Notes under the pieces: model-generated | Told to the model about the DNA's origin: nothing | Databases searched by the model: none | The model's input: only the letters and a program-made list of their open reading frames with translations | Made by a program: the position numbers and the translations under genes | DNA from: the human T2T-CHM13v2.0 reference genome, Homo sapiens | Assembly (NCBI RefSeq): GCF_009914755.1 | Contig: NC_060934.1 | DNA length: 64,000 nucleotides | Strand: one strand, 5' to 3' | Part shown: piece by piece, positions 15,941 to 28,538 of the stretch | Numbering within the stretch: position 1 is the first letter of the stretch | Layout of the letters: every line of letters begins with the position of its first letter

Positions 15941-18900
15941 TCTTGCTCTCCTTTTCCAGTCATCCTGGGCTAGAATTTCTTTACTATATAGATTATTCTA
16001 CTTTGCTAGAATCTGAAACTCTTGAGAGAACCAACAATTGTGGGTGGTGTTGTCCTTACAGGGGAAATTGTTTCAAAGTGGCACAGAAGGCAAATCACTT
16101 CCTGATGTATGATCAGCAGTGATGCCTAGATACATGGTGGCATGGGTGTGTGCGTGTGTGTGCAATCTGGATGCTTTTCCTGGTTTCTCCATTTTAGACT
16201 GTTACCTGCTTGTTTTCTCGTGTTGAACATCCCCTTGCACCATGCTTATTTTAAATAGCACACCCATTTGGAATCTCCAGTTCATACTGCTGAACACCTA
16301 TCTTGTCCCTAATGGTTGGATTGGAATAACGTTAAGACCTTAAGACGCACAGCCCTGCCCTGTTGTTTCTGGATGAATGGTCCCACCACCAGTTCTTGAG
16401 TCTCTGCAGCTCCACCTTCCAGCCTAGTCTGCCCTTACTCCCCGTATCGGTTCCACTGTACTTGTCTCTGTAACTGTGTCTCAGGAGTTCACCCCAGGCT
16501 CCACTGGTATCACTATGAACCAGCATGCACTGCAGTACAGACTGACTCCGGGGCCACAGCACCTGCTCTCTGGGGATATACTGAGTCCCAAGACCCAGGT
16601 GCTTAAACCATACCCCACCCCATGCCACCTCCTCCTTGATCAATTAGTTCCTACCAGAAGACCCGGTATGGCTTCTCTGTACCTTGCCATGTGTAGATAA
16701 TTAATAAATGTTTATTGAAATGAATTAAGTAACAATTGCGTATCCACATTCACTTTGAAGAAGGCTTGGTAAGTTTTGTAAGGGTCTATTTGTATAAAGT
16801 TTTACACCCTTCCAAAGCCAATTTCATTCTTGCTAAAGCCTGGGGGATCCTTAACAGCTCCATTCCTGATCTGTGCTGAGACAGAACTCTTTCTTCTGCT
16901 GCCTCCACACAACTGCACAAAACCCTTAAACTGAACGCAATTCAGACCTGGAACATTCTCGCATCTTCTGAATCCCTTGGCTCAGAGTATATTATCCTAG
17001 TGCTCAGGTCCTATCTGCCTCCTAGGACATAATTCACTCATAGAACCCACACCGCAGCTCAGGCAGGAGACCTCCAATACCATACAGGATATTTATTTAC
17101 CTGCCATGAATCTCAAAGGATGACAAGAAGTAAATCAGCTTCTAGAATATGTGTGAAAACAGCAGCTGAGACATTCTTGTCCAACTCTGCAAGACTGTTA
17201 AGTTCTAATGCACAGGATACACCATTCATTCTAACATATACACCTCCATGGGGACCAGAATACCCAGCAATTGATAAACACTTCCATCCATTCCCCCATC
17301 TCACTTGCAGTTCAGTCAAGTGATTGTCAAGACATCAATAGGAAGTTCTGTGTAAACACAGGCACTATAGCTAATCAGTAGGATGTTTATTGTATCATTG
17401 CTTGTCAACCATTATCAATAAGGATTTGAGTGCTACAAAGGAGAATTAACTGGTTTCTAATTAAATAATTATACTACCTCTATAGAATAAGAAATTCATT
17501 AAAGACAATTTCCAATCATTCTGATCGTTCACATATTTGGTTTTAGCCTAATATATTGTAGCAAAAAGTATTCAGAAATAGTACGCAGCTGCCCTCTTGT
17601 GTCACTTTCATATAATTAAATCTATTAATGTTTACCAGTGATTCAATTAGCTTTGCATTTTTAAAGGTCACCATATACCACTACGCTTCCACTTCTGATG
17701 ATAATATCCTAAATGGTCATTTACAAAGTATGATATGTGGAAAGATACCAGTTCTCTCTACCAATGAAACTTAGTGGCATAAACATCTAAATATTGAAGA
17801 GGTAATATAATTTACTCTGTCCTCCAGGTCCTCTCCTCATCCAAATACCCAGATGTCTTAAAATGATTCTGCATCATCTCATTATACTTAATTAATACCT
17901 AATCAATATTTAATCCATTCTTAATGAGTGTATGGATTTGTACTAATTCTTCACTACTGGCCACTCCACGACCCCACAGGAGATGAAATGGAAGCAAGTT
18001 CTCTTTCATAATTGCCAAGGGCATCCCTCACAAAGAGCCCCTTGTGGTCTCTGTTGCCATTTATTAACCACCTATTATGAGCTAAGTACTGTGCTACATT
18101 CTTTACAAACAGAATATACAACAATATGCATAAAACAGAAAGCTTATCTTCATGTAACAGAAGAAACCCAGTTATCAGAGTTAGATAATGCCTTCCCAGA
18201 AGCCAAAGGATAATGATGGTCTCATTCTTCACATTGTAACTTGGCAAACCAAGGCTTGTTTGTTCTTTTCTTCCACATCCATCTACGATAATAAGCCACC
18301 ATACACGAATTTGCAGACAGCCAGCTGCTCAACATACCAGAAACTATCTTACTAAAGTGAGAGTAAGTTTAAACAATGGAGATAATTAATGGATGTTCTG
18401 TTTCTTTACTACGTTGTGTTTCCTTATTGAGTACTCTACAGTTCCAGCTCTGTATCACAGTTCTCTGCATTATGGAAGAGTAGATATAAAAAACTGAAAA
18501 CAAGTCATATTGGTTTGGGACAAGTAGGAACTGTACTTTTGCACAAATCAACACTGGTTTGGTGGCTACACTCAATAACTGGGTAGAGAGAGGATCCAGT
18601 AGTGACACAAGAAGATGAACCAATTGTACAGCCTCAGTCCCTCATCTCCTGGGAGGTAGAGTCCCTGGAAGCACTTATTGCAAAGACATAGGAATAAGAT
18701 GCAATGTATAAAATGTAAGCTGAGATGTGACATCCTGTGACCAAAACCAGACATTGTGAGAGTGGAAAGAGGAGGTTCCAAGGGTGCCTTGAAGGTGGGA
18801 GCAGGGTGGGAGATGTAGAGTAAGGAGGTGTCTGTGTTTCTTGTTGTGTTAATGCACACACTGGTGGTGGGCTCCCTCTAGAGTGGGCACAAAGCGAAAT

Positions 18901-19362
18901 GGATCCTGCAACATTGACTCTAACTCCATAGAGAGGGGAGAGATACCTGCAGATGGGATGTGTGGAAGACGGTCCTTCTGGAGACTGTAACATAACAACA
19001 GTGATGTGGGGCATGCAATAGCGGATGCCCAGCTCAAGCGGATGCCCACTCATTGCCAAGGGTTGGAGTCAGAGGAGAGACACAGGGGCCCAGTCTAGCT
19101 CTGGAGCTGAGCTTCCTGAGGCAGGGTGGGGCAACAGGAAAGCCTTGAGAGTCAAAAGTCTAAGTCCCGGGCTCTTATTCTAGCTCTGTAATTAACTTGT
19201 TCTGTGACCTTGAGCCAATTGCCTCACCTTCCTTGTTCTGTTTCTTCATCTTTCACATGTCTTCCTTGGGCGCTCAGAAAGTCCCTCCATTCCTAATGCT
19301 CTCTTTACTCAATCCCTTCCAAGGTAGCTTGGTTGTGTGTGGCCACCCATGGGGACTGATTT

Positions 19363-19653
<291 letters not shown>

Positions 19654-19672
19654 CTGATTTTTTTATTCCTGT

Positions 19673-20108
19673 TGTGAAAGTTGTCAGAATGAAACTGAAA
19701 TCACTGATGTTATGGAAATCCTGACAAATAGAGCTGCGAAAGGATATGAAGGGAGGGATCTCAGGTTTGTATGCCTGATAATGAAAGAACTCTACAAAAC
19801 CACAACCTTGCACAAAGGCCATTGCAGCCTAACACAAAAAATACTTCTGCAAGAACATGTGTCCAGCAACTGCCTGTCAACCTGGGGCTGGTGTCATCCT
19901 TGTTTTTGTTCTCAGTAGCCAAGGATGATTATTTCAAAACAACTATGTAATCTTCCTCATTTCTGCCTTTAAAATCCATTGGCTTTCTCTCCCTCCCCAA
20001 ATATGCACAAAGTTTACTATAGCATGCAGATTCCCATTACAGTACTCTATTCCAAAATAAATATCTTTTTCTTTTAAAGAGACTCTCTGTTAGTTATTTG
20101 GGTTGACA
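19673..20108 (+). mobile_element. ERV1 solo LTR (MER67-like)
   Basis: TG...CA termini (tgtgaaagttgtcagaat ... ggttgaca), internal AATAAA; family from recall. Confidence 0.7.
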
Positions 20109-20109
20109 T

Positions 20110-20430
20110 TGTTATGGGATCAACTGTGCACCCCCTTAAAATTCATATGTTGAAGCCCTAGGATCCAGCTTTCAGAGTGTGACTATATTTGGAGATACGG
20201 TCTTTAAAGAGATGATTAAGGTAACATAAGGTCATACGGGTGGGCCCTAGTCTAATATGACTGGTGTCCTTATAGGAAATTAGGACACAGGTACAGAGAG
20301 AAGGCCTTGTGAAGACACAGGGAGAAGACAGCCATCTGCTAGCCAAGGAGAGAGGCCTCTGAAATAACCGGTCCAGCTGCCACCTGGTTCTCGGACTTCT
20401 AACCTCACTGTGAAAAAATACATTTCCATC
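20110..20430 (+). mobile_element. MLT1 (MLT1A/B-like) LTR
   Basis: aaattcatatgttgaagcccta...tatttggagata...gtgaagacacagggagaagacagccatct. Confidence 0.85.
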
Positions 20431-20565
20431 CTCTTCTGTACTCAGTTCCCCTCTGGGTTTTCCTTTCTATTTATATTTTCTTCCACTTAGCAACCTTAAA
20501 CACTCATGGGCAAAGTCCACATTGTGCCCTCTCCCCATACCTCAACACAATTATCTTTCTCCCTC

Positions 20566-20989
20566 TGATAGGGTTTGGATATTTGCCCCTTCCAAATCTC
20601 ATGTCGAAATGTAACCCCCCATATTGGATGTGGGGCCTAGTGGGAGGTGTTTGGGTCATGTGGACAGATCCCTGACAAGTGTCTTGATGCCATCCTCACA
20701 ATAATAAGTGAGTTCTCAGTCTATGACATCACCCGAGATCTGGTAGTCTGAAAGAGCATGGTACTTCCCGCCTCTCTCTCTCTCTTGCTCTCTCTCTTGC
20801 CATGTAACATTCAGGCTCCTCCTTCACCTTCCAACATGGTTGGGAAGCTTCCTGAGGCCTCAACAGAAGCAGATGCCTGCACCATGCCTCCTGTACAGCC
20901 TGAAGAACCATGGGCTAAAATAAACCATTTTACATCATCAATTACCCAGCCTCAGGTATGCCTTTATAACAACCCAAAATAAACTAAAG
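20566..20989 (+). mobile_element. MST (MaLR) solo LTR
   Basis: tgatagggtttggat...ccaaatctcatgtcgaaatgtaa...ccagcctcaggtat. Confidence 0.88.
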
Positions 20990-21564
20990 TTCTCTCTCTC
21001 TTTCTGTTCTATAACGCACAGCAATTGTATATGGAGAAATGAAGCCATTAACATACAACATACACAAAGCAGTGTCTGTAACTAAAAGAGTACACATGAA
21101 AACGAACACACACAATGGCATCCAATGCCAGGAAGGGCTTGGTGAAACAGACACTCACATAAACTGTTGGTGGGAGTATATATTTGAGGAAACTTTCTGG
21201 AGGTTAATTTGGCCACATACATCAAAAGTTTTAAAAGCATTCATACCCACATGCTGAATATCCCAGGAAACAAAATGAAAGATGAGGAAGTTGGGCGGGG
21301 GGAGGAACTGAACTTCCAATGGCCAACTTCACTAGAAATCACAGAAATGAAAATGTGTGAAAGAGGAACACTCTATTAATGGTGGGTAGCTAAATTGGTT
21401 AATCTTGCCAAGAGACAAATTAATAATCATTATTAAAATCTTAAAATTATATTTTCCTTTTGTCTCAGCAATCTCATTTTAAGGAATTTAGCCCAATGAA
21501 ATAATAATGAAAGTAATAGTAAGAACATATTTACTGCAATATTTTAAGAGGGAGATTATCTTTT

Positions 21565-21845
21565 CTAGTATTTTTATTTCCATAGGTTTGGGGGGAACAG
21601 GTGGTGTTTGATTATATGAGAAGTTCTCTAGTGGTGATTTGTGAGATTTTGATGCACCCATCGCCCGAACAGTATACACTGAGCCCAATTTGTAGCCTTT
21701 TATCCGTCACACCCCTCCCACCCTTTCCCCCAAGTCCCCAAAGTCCGTTGTATCATTCTTATGTGTTTGCATCCTCATAGCTTAGCTCCCACTTACGAGT
21801 GAGAACATACAATGTTTGGTTTTCCATTCCTGAGCTACTTCATCT
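21565..21845 (-). mobile_element. L1PB 3' end fragment
   Basis: ccataggtttgggggaacaggtggtgttt..gtggtgatttgtgagattttgatgcaccc, an L1PB 3' UTR pattern. Confidence 0.85.
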
Positions 21846-22152
21846 AAATGTCCAATGAGAGGGTTAAATAAATAACAATTTGTCCATATGATGGAATCAT
21901 TTACAAAAATGATTTAATGATCGCAGAAATTTTTCTTACACAATGTTAAATGGGTAAAAAGTACAAAAAGTTTCTATAAGTATTGCTAAAAATGTATGCA
22001 TGTGTGTAAAAATACTCTGGAAAAATATTCATCAACACCCACAATTCCTGATCATGAATCTCCCCACGTATTTTTTTTTCTTCTCTGTACTCTTCTGAAT
22101 GTTCTCCAGTAAGGCGGGGTTACTTTAAGTAGAAAAGCAACACATCATTTTA

Positions 22153-22477
<325 letters not shown>

Positions 22478-25400
22478 TGGCATGGGAAGGAAAGAAAAGG
22501 AAGGACAAAAATGAAGCACACACACTTGAGAAAGGGACGATCTATTGCAACATGCCACAAATCTGCCTTACAGGCCCTAGTCTGAGCCCTGCTGGCATCA
22601 TGTGTAGCATCACATGTGGAAGAAATATGTATTAGATGTTTAAGAAATCCAAGTTAAAATGCCATTAAAAAAACAGATGAGAAGTCCCAAGGCAATCTAA
22701 CTGCCCAGTCTACAAGAGGACCAGATGGCAGCCTAGAGCGCCATACTATACTCTACTTGGGAAAAGGAAGTACTGGACTTGGAACAGGAGAAGATATTCT
22801 GACTTCCTATCCATCCCGTGAAGACCTTGTTCTTCTTTTATCTTAATTTGCAGGTGCAGAGTCTTAAAGAAAATGAGACACTGACTTCCTGGCCTGAGAT
22901 AGGAGAGTCTAGACTCCATGAAGACTTCTGCTACTCCAAAGCATCCTTGCTGTGGTTTGGGTGATCAAAGTCAGGCCACTGCTTGGGATCACGCTCCTCA
23001 GGGCATATAGCTGGGCTGATGACCCTACTGGGACATTAAAGGAAAAAGAAGGGCAGCTTCAGACAGGCGCTCATTCCTGTCCTCCGTGTATTAGGTAGAT
23101 TTGGAGTATAGCATGGGAAGCAGAGTGGGGGACGGAAGGGACACAACGGCAAAAGACAGAGAGGGGAGCTGGGGTTTTATCTGCCCTTCAAATCAACTGC
23201 CATTTGACTAAGTTCCCAGTTGGCTCAGGTCCTCGTCTTCCAATCTGTAAAATGGCACACTTATGCGATGTCCTCCTGAAGGTGGGGGTGGACTAAAGCT
23301 CCCCGACTGCCTGAAAACCCGTGAGTCTGAGTAATGTGCCTGGAAGTGGAGAGATACTGCCGGCTGAAACTCATCTGCCTCAGTAGTATTCAGCAGAAAA
23401 CAGAGGGTCTGCTCAGTTTCCCTCTGACTTCCGTAAGTTTCTCAAACATAAAAAAAAAAAAAATCGACAAATGGCTGAGGAATCATAGAATCCCAAAATC
23501 AAGGAATGTATCCCTTGATACATTCCATAACGCATGAAGTCAATTTTCAGCATTTTCCCAGTGCTTTCTAAATCAAGAAAGGCTAAGCTACAAAACAGAG
23601 TGCAGCATTATTTTGGAGACATCACTAAACTGCAAAGGCATGAGAAAATAAATAAGGACGACCTGCGGAGATTCTACTTCCTGATTCTGAGATAATTATT
23701 ATTAATAAGTAAGGAATAATAACTTCCTGATCCTAAAATAATTTTGAAAGATACATTTCTGCTTGAAACTAAAACTTTGACTTTTTCACCGAAGTGAGAT
23801 ATTCGGAGTTTCAGGTCTGCCTTGGCTTCAAATGTTTTCTTCCTTCTCTTCTCTGCCAAAGATGATCCCGTCCCACAGATAATCACTTACCTGTCAGGGT
23901 CACCTTCGGCATTAAGGCTTCTCACTTACTGCTAAGCCCCATCCTCCCCAGTGGATCATAATCCAGCTCTTTGATCTGTGCATGAATATCATTAAATTGA
24001 CTGTCAAATTCTTAAAGGTTATGTATATTATGAAACTACTATTGAAGTGTCTCAGTGACAATCAAGTAACTTATATCAAGACCAGAAGCCCTGTTCAAAG
24101 CTCTGAAAATGTTTTAGTGTTTTCCAAACATGAAACCTTTGAATGATCCTAAGAGGCTGCACAATATAATTATAGTTCTTATACCATAAATATGTTTTGT
24201 TTGCCGGTTTTGAAAATAAATCATCCCAGGGACCCAACCTCCTACCCAACCTCCACGTCTTTCTAGGATGTAAATCACAGAAGATGGAAAAATCCCCCCT
24301 GGGCCTGCTTCTTGTTTTTCCAGCTAGAGGTTGGTTACAGGTAAAAGCCACATTGAAGTGCTGGAGCTGTGGCCCAGACACTCCTGGAAGGAGGCTTGGC
24401 AGGTGAAATGCACAAAACAAGTTTATCCTGCAAGATTTTCAGGCTCCTTTCCTCCCAGTCCCACTGAGGTGAACATAAACAGTGGAAATATGACTTGTGA
24501 ATAAACCCTGAGTTACAATATAGATGTGACACTATAGTTAGATCATAAGAGCTAACTTTTTAAAAATTTTTACAAAAATCAACATACCAAAAAGATGTAG
24601 AGGTCCAGAAATCATTTTATGTAGCACTGTTGGAAGCCAAAACATTTCTTTCGAAAGAAAGAAGTACATGCAACCAGGAAACGTTTGTAAATATCAATGA
24701 GTTTTCCTACAACAAGCATTTTGTTAGGCATTGACTATGGGAATCAAATATGTCCAAAATATTCCCAATTGTTAATTTAAATGGCCCAAGGTAAAGTGTG
24801 CGAGCATACAGTTAGACTTTTAAAGGAGGCAGGTGTTCAAAATTCTTGCTAGAATTCTATAAACAAAGCTGTGACTTACCTCACAGCAAGGATGTATTCT
24901 AAATGATTACAAACAACTTTCTTGCACTGCAAGTTATTTTTCTGTATGTTGCCCAGGTATTGTAGCATATCTAACTCATACCACATATTAGATGGGAATG
25001 ACAATCCCTGAATATGTTAAATCTAAAATGGGAGAACACAGTATTTTTAATCAGACTGTACCATAATAAACTCCAGTAAGCACACGCTGTCCCAAAATAT
25101 TCAGGGAGGAAGTAAGGATACACAGGAAAGCCTACGTAATAACCAATCATCCAAAAAAGGGAAGTGAAGTATTCCACATCTGTAATGCTTTGTTTATATA
25201 ATTAACTCTTTGCAACCTGCTGAATCTTATTAAAGTGAAATAAGTCATAATTCGAATAATAAAAGGGTGTGCTGACACATAAATTTGTCCATATGCATGC
25301 ACTGACTTTTGTCCACAAGGAATTTAATGGTATTAAAAATACAAAACCGAGCATTGCTACTGAAATTAAAATTTGGGAGAAGACTGGAGTATTTCTGTCA

Positions 25401-26262
25401 CTAACTGCTGGTGACTACATTTTCCCATGTGTCTCATGCTTACATGAACTTGGATGGCTCTCAGGGCTCAAATAGCAGTTCCTCAAAGAACTCTTCCAGG
25501 CCCTCCCTCCTGAGTCCACAGATCGTGGGTCCCAGCTACAAGGACTCCAGGCACACTAGGCTTCCCTTTCATGACATCTCTTAAACTGTAATTAAGTAAT
25601 TAATTGTATAAGTATATAATTAGTCGTTTGATGTCAGTCTTTCCCTACTAGTATGAAAGCTTTATGAAGAAAGTGCCTGTGTTCTGTGCCTTGAATCAAG
25701 CAAACACTGAATAATTATATGTCGAATGAATAAATTACAATTACTGTTTCTTCTGTTTTCATCAAGAGCCGTCACTGAGTAAGCCTGGAAGAATTAAGTA
25801 CTTCTGAATAAAGCTCTGCTAAAACAACTCCGCTTTTATCATCAGAGCCTATGACACTCTCTAAGGTGGTCTCTGCTATCCCCTTCTTCTTTGCCAAACA
25901 TTCAAATATGAGTGAGAACGTTGTCTAAACCCCCAAATCCTTCCTTTGTACATATGTACTAGTAAAAGTGAAATTCATTTGATATTAGTTATTGATGCCC
26001 TTCCCAGGGCCCGGGGAAACAACTTCTAACTACTAAAGTGATTTTAGATAGGATATATAAATAACATATCATAAAGCAAAACAGTAAAATTTAAAACAAC
26101 TCTGTGACATTTTAACATAATGTAATCGGCATTTCAATCACATTTTCTATATAGTGGTTTGTTTGGGGGAGGGGGTACATTGTGCAACTCTCCTGCTTAT
26201 CCATAAAATTTGTTCCTTGTCAAAATGTTATTTTTTTACTTTGTCAGATATGAAAACTATGA

Positions 26263-26545
26263 AGCCAGGAATGGTGAAGCATGCCTGTAACCTCAACAAT
26301 TTGAGAGGCTATGGCAGGAGGATCGCTTGAGCCCAGGAGTTCAAGAACAGCTCTGGCAACATAGTGAGACCCCATCTCTACAAAAAATAAAAAAAGATTA
26401 GCTAGGCACAGTGGTGTGTGCTTGTAGTCCCAGCCACTCAGGAGCCTGGGAGATCAAGGCTGTAGTGAGCCATAATTGCATCACTGCACTCCAGCTTGGG
26501 CAACAGAGCGATACACTGTCCCAAAAATGTATAAGTAAATAATAA
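26263..26545 (+). mobile_element. AluJ (internal deletion in right arm)
   Basis: Diverged dimeric Alu. Confidence 0.92.
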
Positions 26546-27719
26546 CCCTATAATTTGTGCCAATGGATGTATATGGCCGCTTTGTTAGTCTAAGTCTCGG
26601 ATTGCTTATAAGCCATAGAAAGCCTTTCAAAGGCACCTCCAGGAAACCTTATGTACAAGTGTGGAAAGGAACGTAGGATTTGGCCTTGTTGGGGGCCCTA
26701 AGGGCACACAGGACAGCAGAGGAGGTGGCCTCCTGGGTGGGCGAGCTTTGCATGCCTGGGATGGAGAGTGGGTACTCCTTGGGCAGCAGGAGCTGATGTT
26801 CCCTCGTAAGGGGACCACCATTAACAAGAACCTGTTTCTCCCGTGGCCCTGTGACTCCTCCACTGCCAGCCACCTACTTTACTCTGTCTATGCTAAGTAT
26901 CTTTTCCCCCATTTCATGAGTTCTTTTACTTATACTTTCTGCTTACTCACAGCTTAGGCTTCCTCCTGACTTCTTTCTCTACGTTTTTTAACCATACAAC
27001 CTGAGAGCCAACTTGCTTTCCCTCTTGAACTCAGGCCTCTTCAGGGGGATCTGAGCAGGTTCAGCCACCACCATCCCTGTTAGGCAAAGTCCTTGTGTAG
27101 CCCTGCAGAGTCACCTCATTCCAATCAGCTGGGACCAGGGAAGTGAGAGCATGTAGGACAGAGCATGGTTATCCACAAAAATTAATGAAAAAGTTAGCTG
27201 GGGCCACATAGCCTTGGACAGTAGCCCTCTGGAAAAAAAGGCAAGAAGTGTGACTGTCTTGTGTTAAGAATCAGAAACTAGTTCCCTTCAAGAGTGATCT
27301 GATGACTCAATTTGGGATGCAGAAAAGTTTCCTCTTTCCTCAGGTAGAATAACAGGAGTTTAGATGTTGTCCATTTCTCTATTTTAGTTTACTATTCCCT
27401 TTCATGTTTGCTGCTCAAAACAGAAAAGGAACTGGGGGGTGGGGGGCAGGGGAAGCTACAAAGATTAAAATGCCACAACGTAAACACAAAATCAGCAACT
27501 AGACTCTTGGTTCTAATATTGACTTTTCACCTTTTGAATCCATTTTCTCATTCTGCTTTTTTTTGTCAGAACTCTGCAGCTGCCAAATACAAATATAATA
27601 GACAAAGGCCTGAGAATTTTGCTTAGAATGACAGAAAGGAGCTAAAGTTCACAACTGGACCATATCCAGTTTTCTGCCACAACAAAACTCATATTCAATC
27701 CCTCTGTGTAGGAGAAGCA

Positions 27720-28101
27720 TATATTAGCCCATTTTCACACTACAATAAAGAGCTGCCTGAGATTGGGTAATTAAGAAGGAAAGAGATTTAATTGACTCAC
27801 GGTTCAGAATGGCTGGGGAGGCCTCAGGAAACTTACAATCATGGCGGAAGGCGAAGGGAAAGCAAGGCGCTTTCTTCACAACGTGGCAGAAAGGAGAATA
27901 AACAGAGGAGGAACTACCAAACACTTAGTAAACCATGAGATCTCGTGAGAACTCACTATCACGAGCACAGCATAGGGGAAACCGACCCTGTGATTCAATT
28001 ACCTCCACCTGGTCTCTCCTTTGACACGTGTGGATTATGGAGATTATAGGGATTACAATTCAAGATGAGATTTTGGGTGGGAACACAGCCAAACCATATC
28101 A
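27720..28101 (-). mobile_element. THE1/MST-family MaLR solo LTR
   Basis: 382 bp, ends ..cagccaaaccatatca; 5 bp TSD aagca at 27715-27719 and 28102-28106. Confidence 0.92.
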
Positions 28102-28489
28102 AAGCAGATTATATGAAGAAAAAAAAAAATCCCCTTTTACCTACTTTTTAGTTTATTATATATTTTTGTAGAAACTTATTTTGGTAGAAAAGTTGTTTGG
28201 TGCGCATGTCATAGTTACCCGTAAAACCTCACAAATGTTTAAGAAAATAAAATTATAAGCACAGTCTGTTTAAAAGCTAAATTATTTTTTGTCAGAAAAA
28301 AAAAAATCTAAGGTATTCATTTCCTCTGTGGCCTGGGTTACAAAGAGTAAATTTATAATCGAATGGAAAAAAAAAAAGTCTCAGAGGGAAAAAAGGTAGT
28401 GAATTCTTCAAATAAATAACTGTGCTGTCTTGTGATTTCAAATACAGTGTGCTTGATTCATAATACTATTAAAATATTCATTTCATACT

Positions 28490-28538
28490 TACGGAATATG
28501 AAAAACAGAAAATCCAATATTTGGAAGAAGTGTTTATT
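28490..28538 (-). terminator. Likely distal polyadenylation signal of NEBL
   Basis: AATAAA (plus tttatt 28533-28538) followed ~20-35 nt later by U-rich GGATTTTCTGTTTTT. Confidence 0.7.

Noticed and set aside
18634-19080. GC-richer block with overlapping ORFs and a repeated gcggatgccca
   Set aside because: No recognisable protein or repeat family; probably an old LTR relic but unassignable
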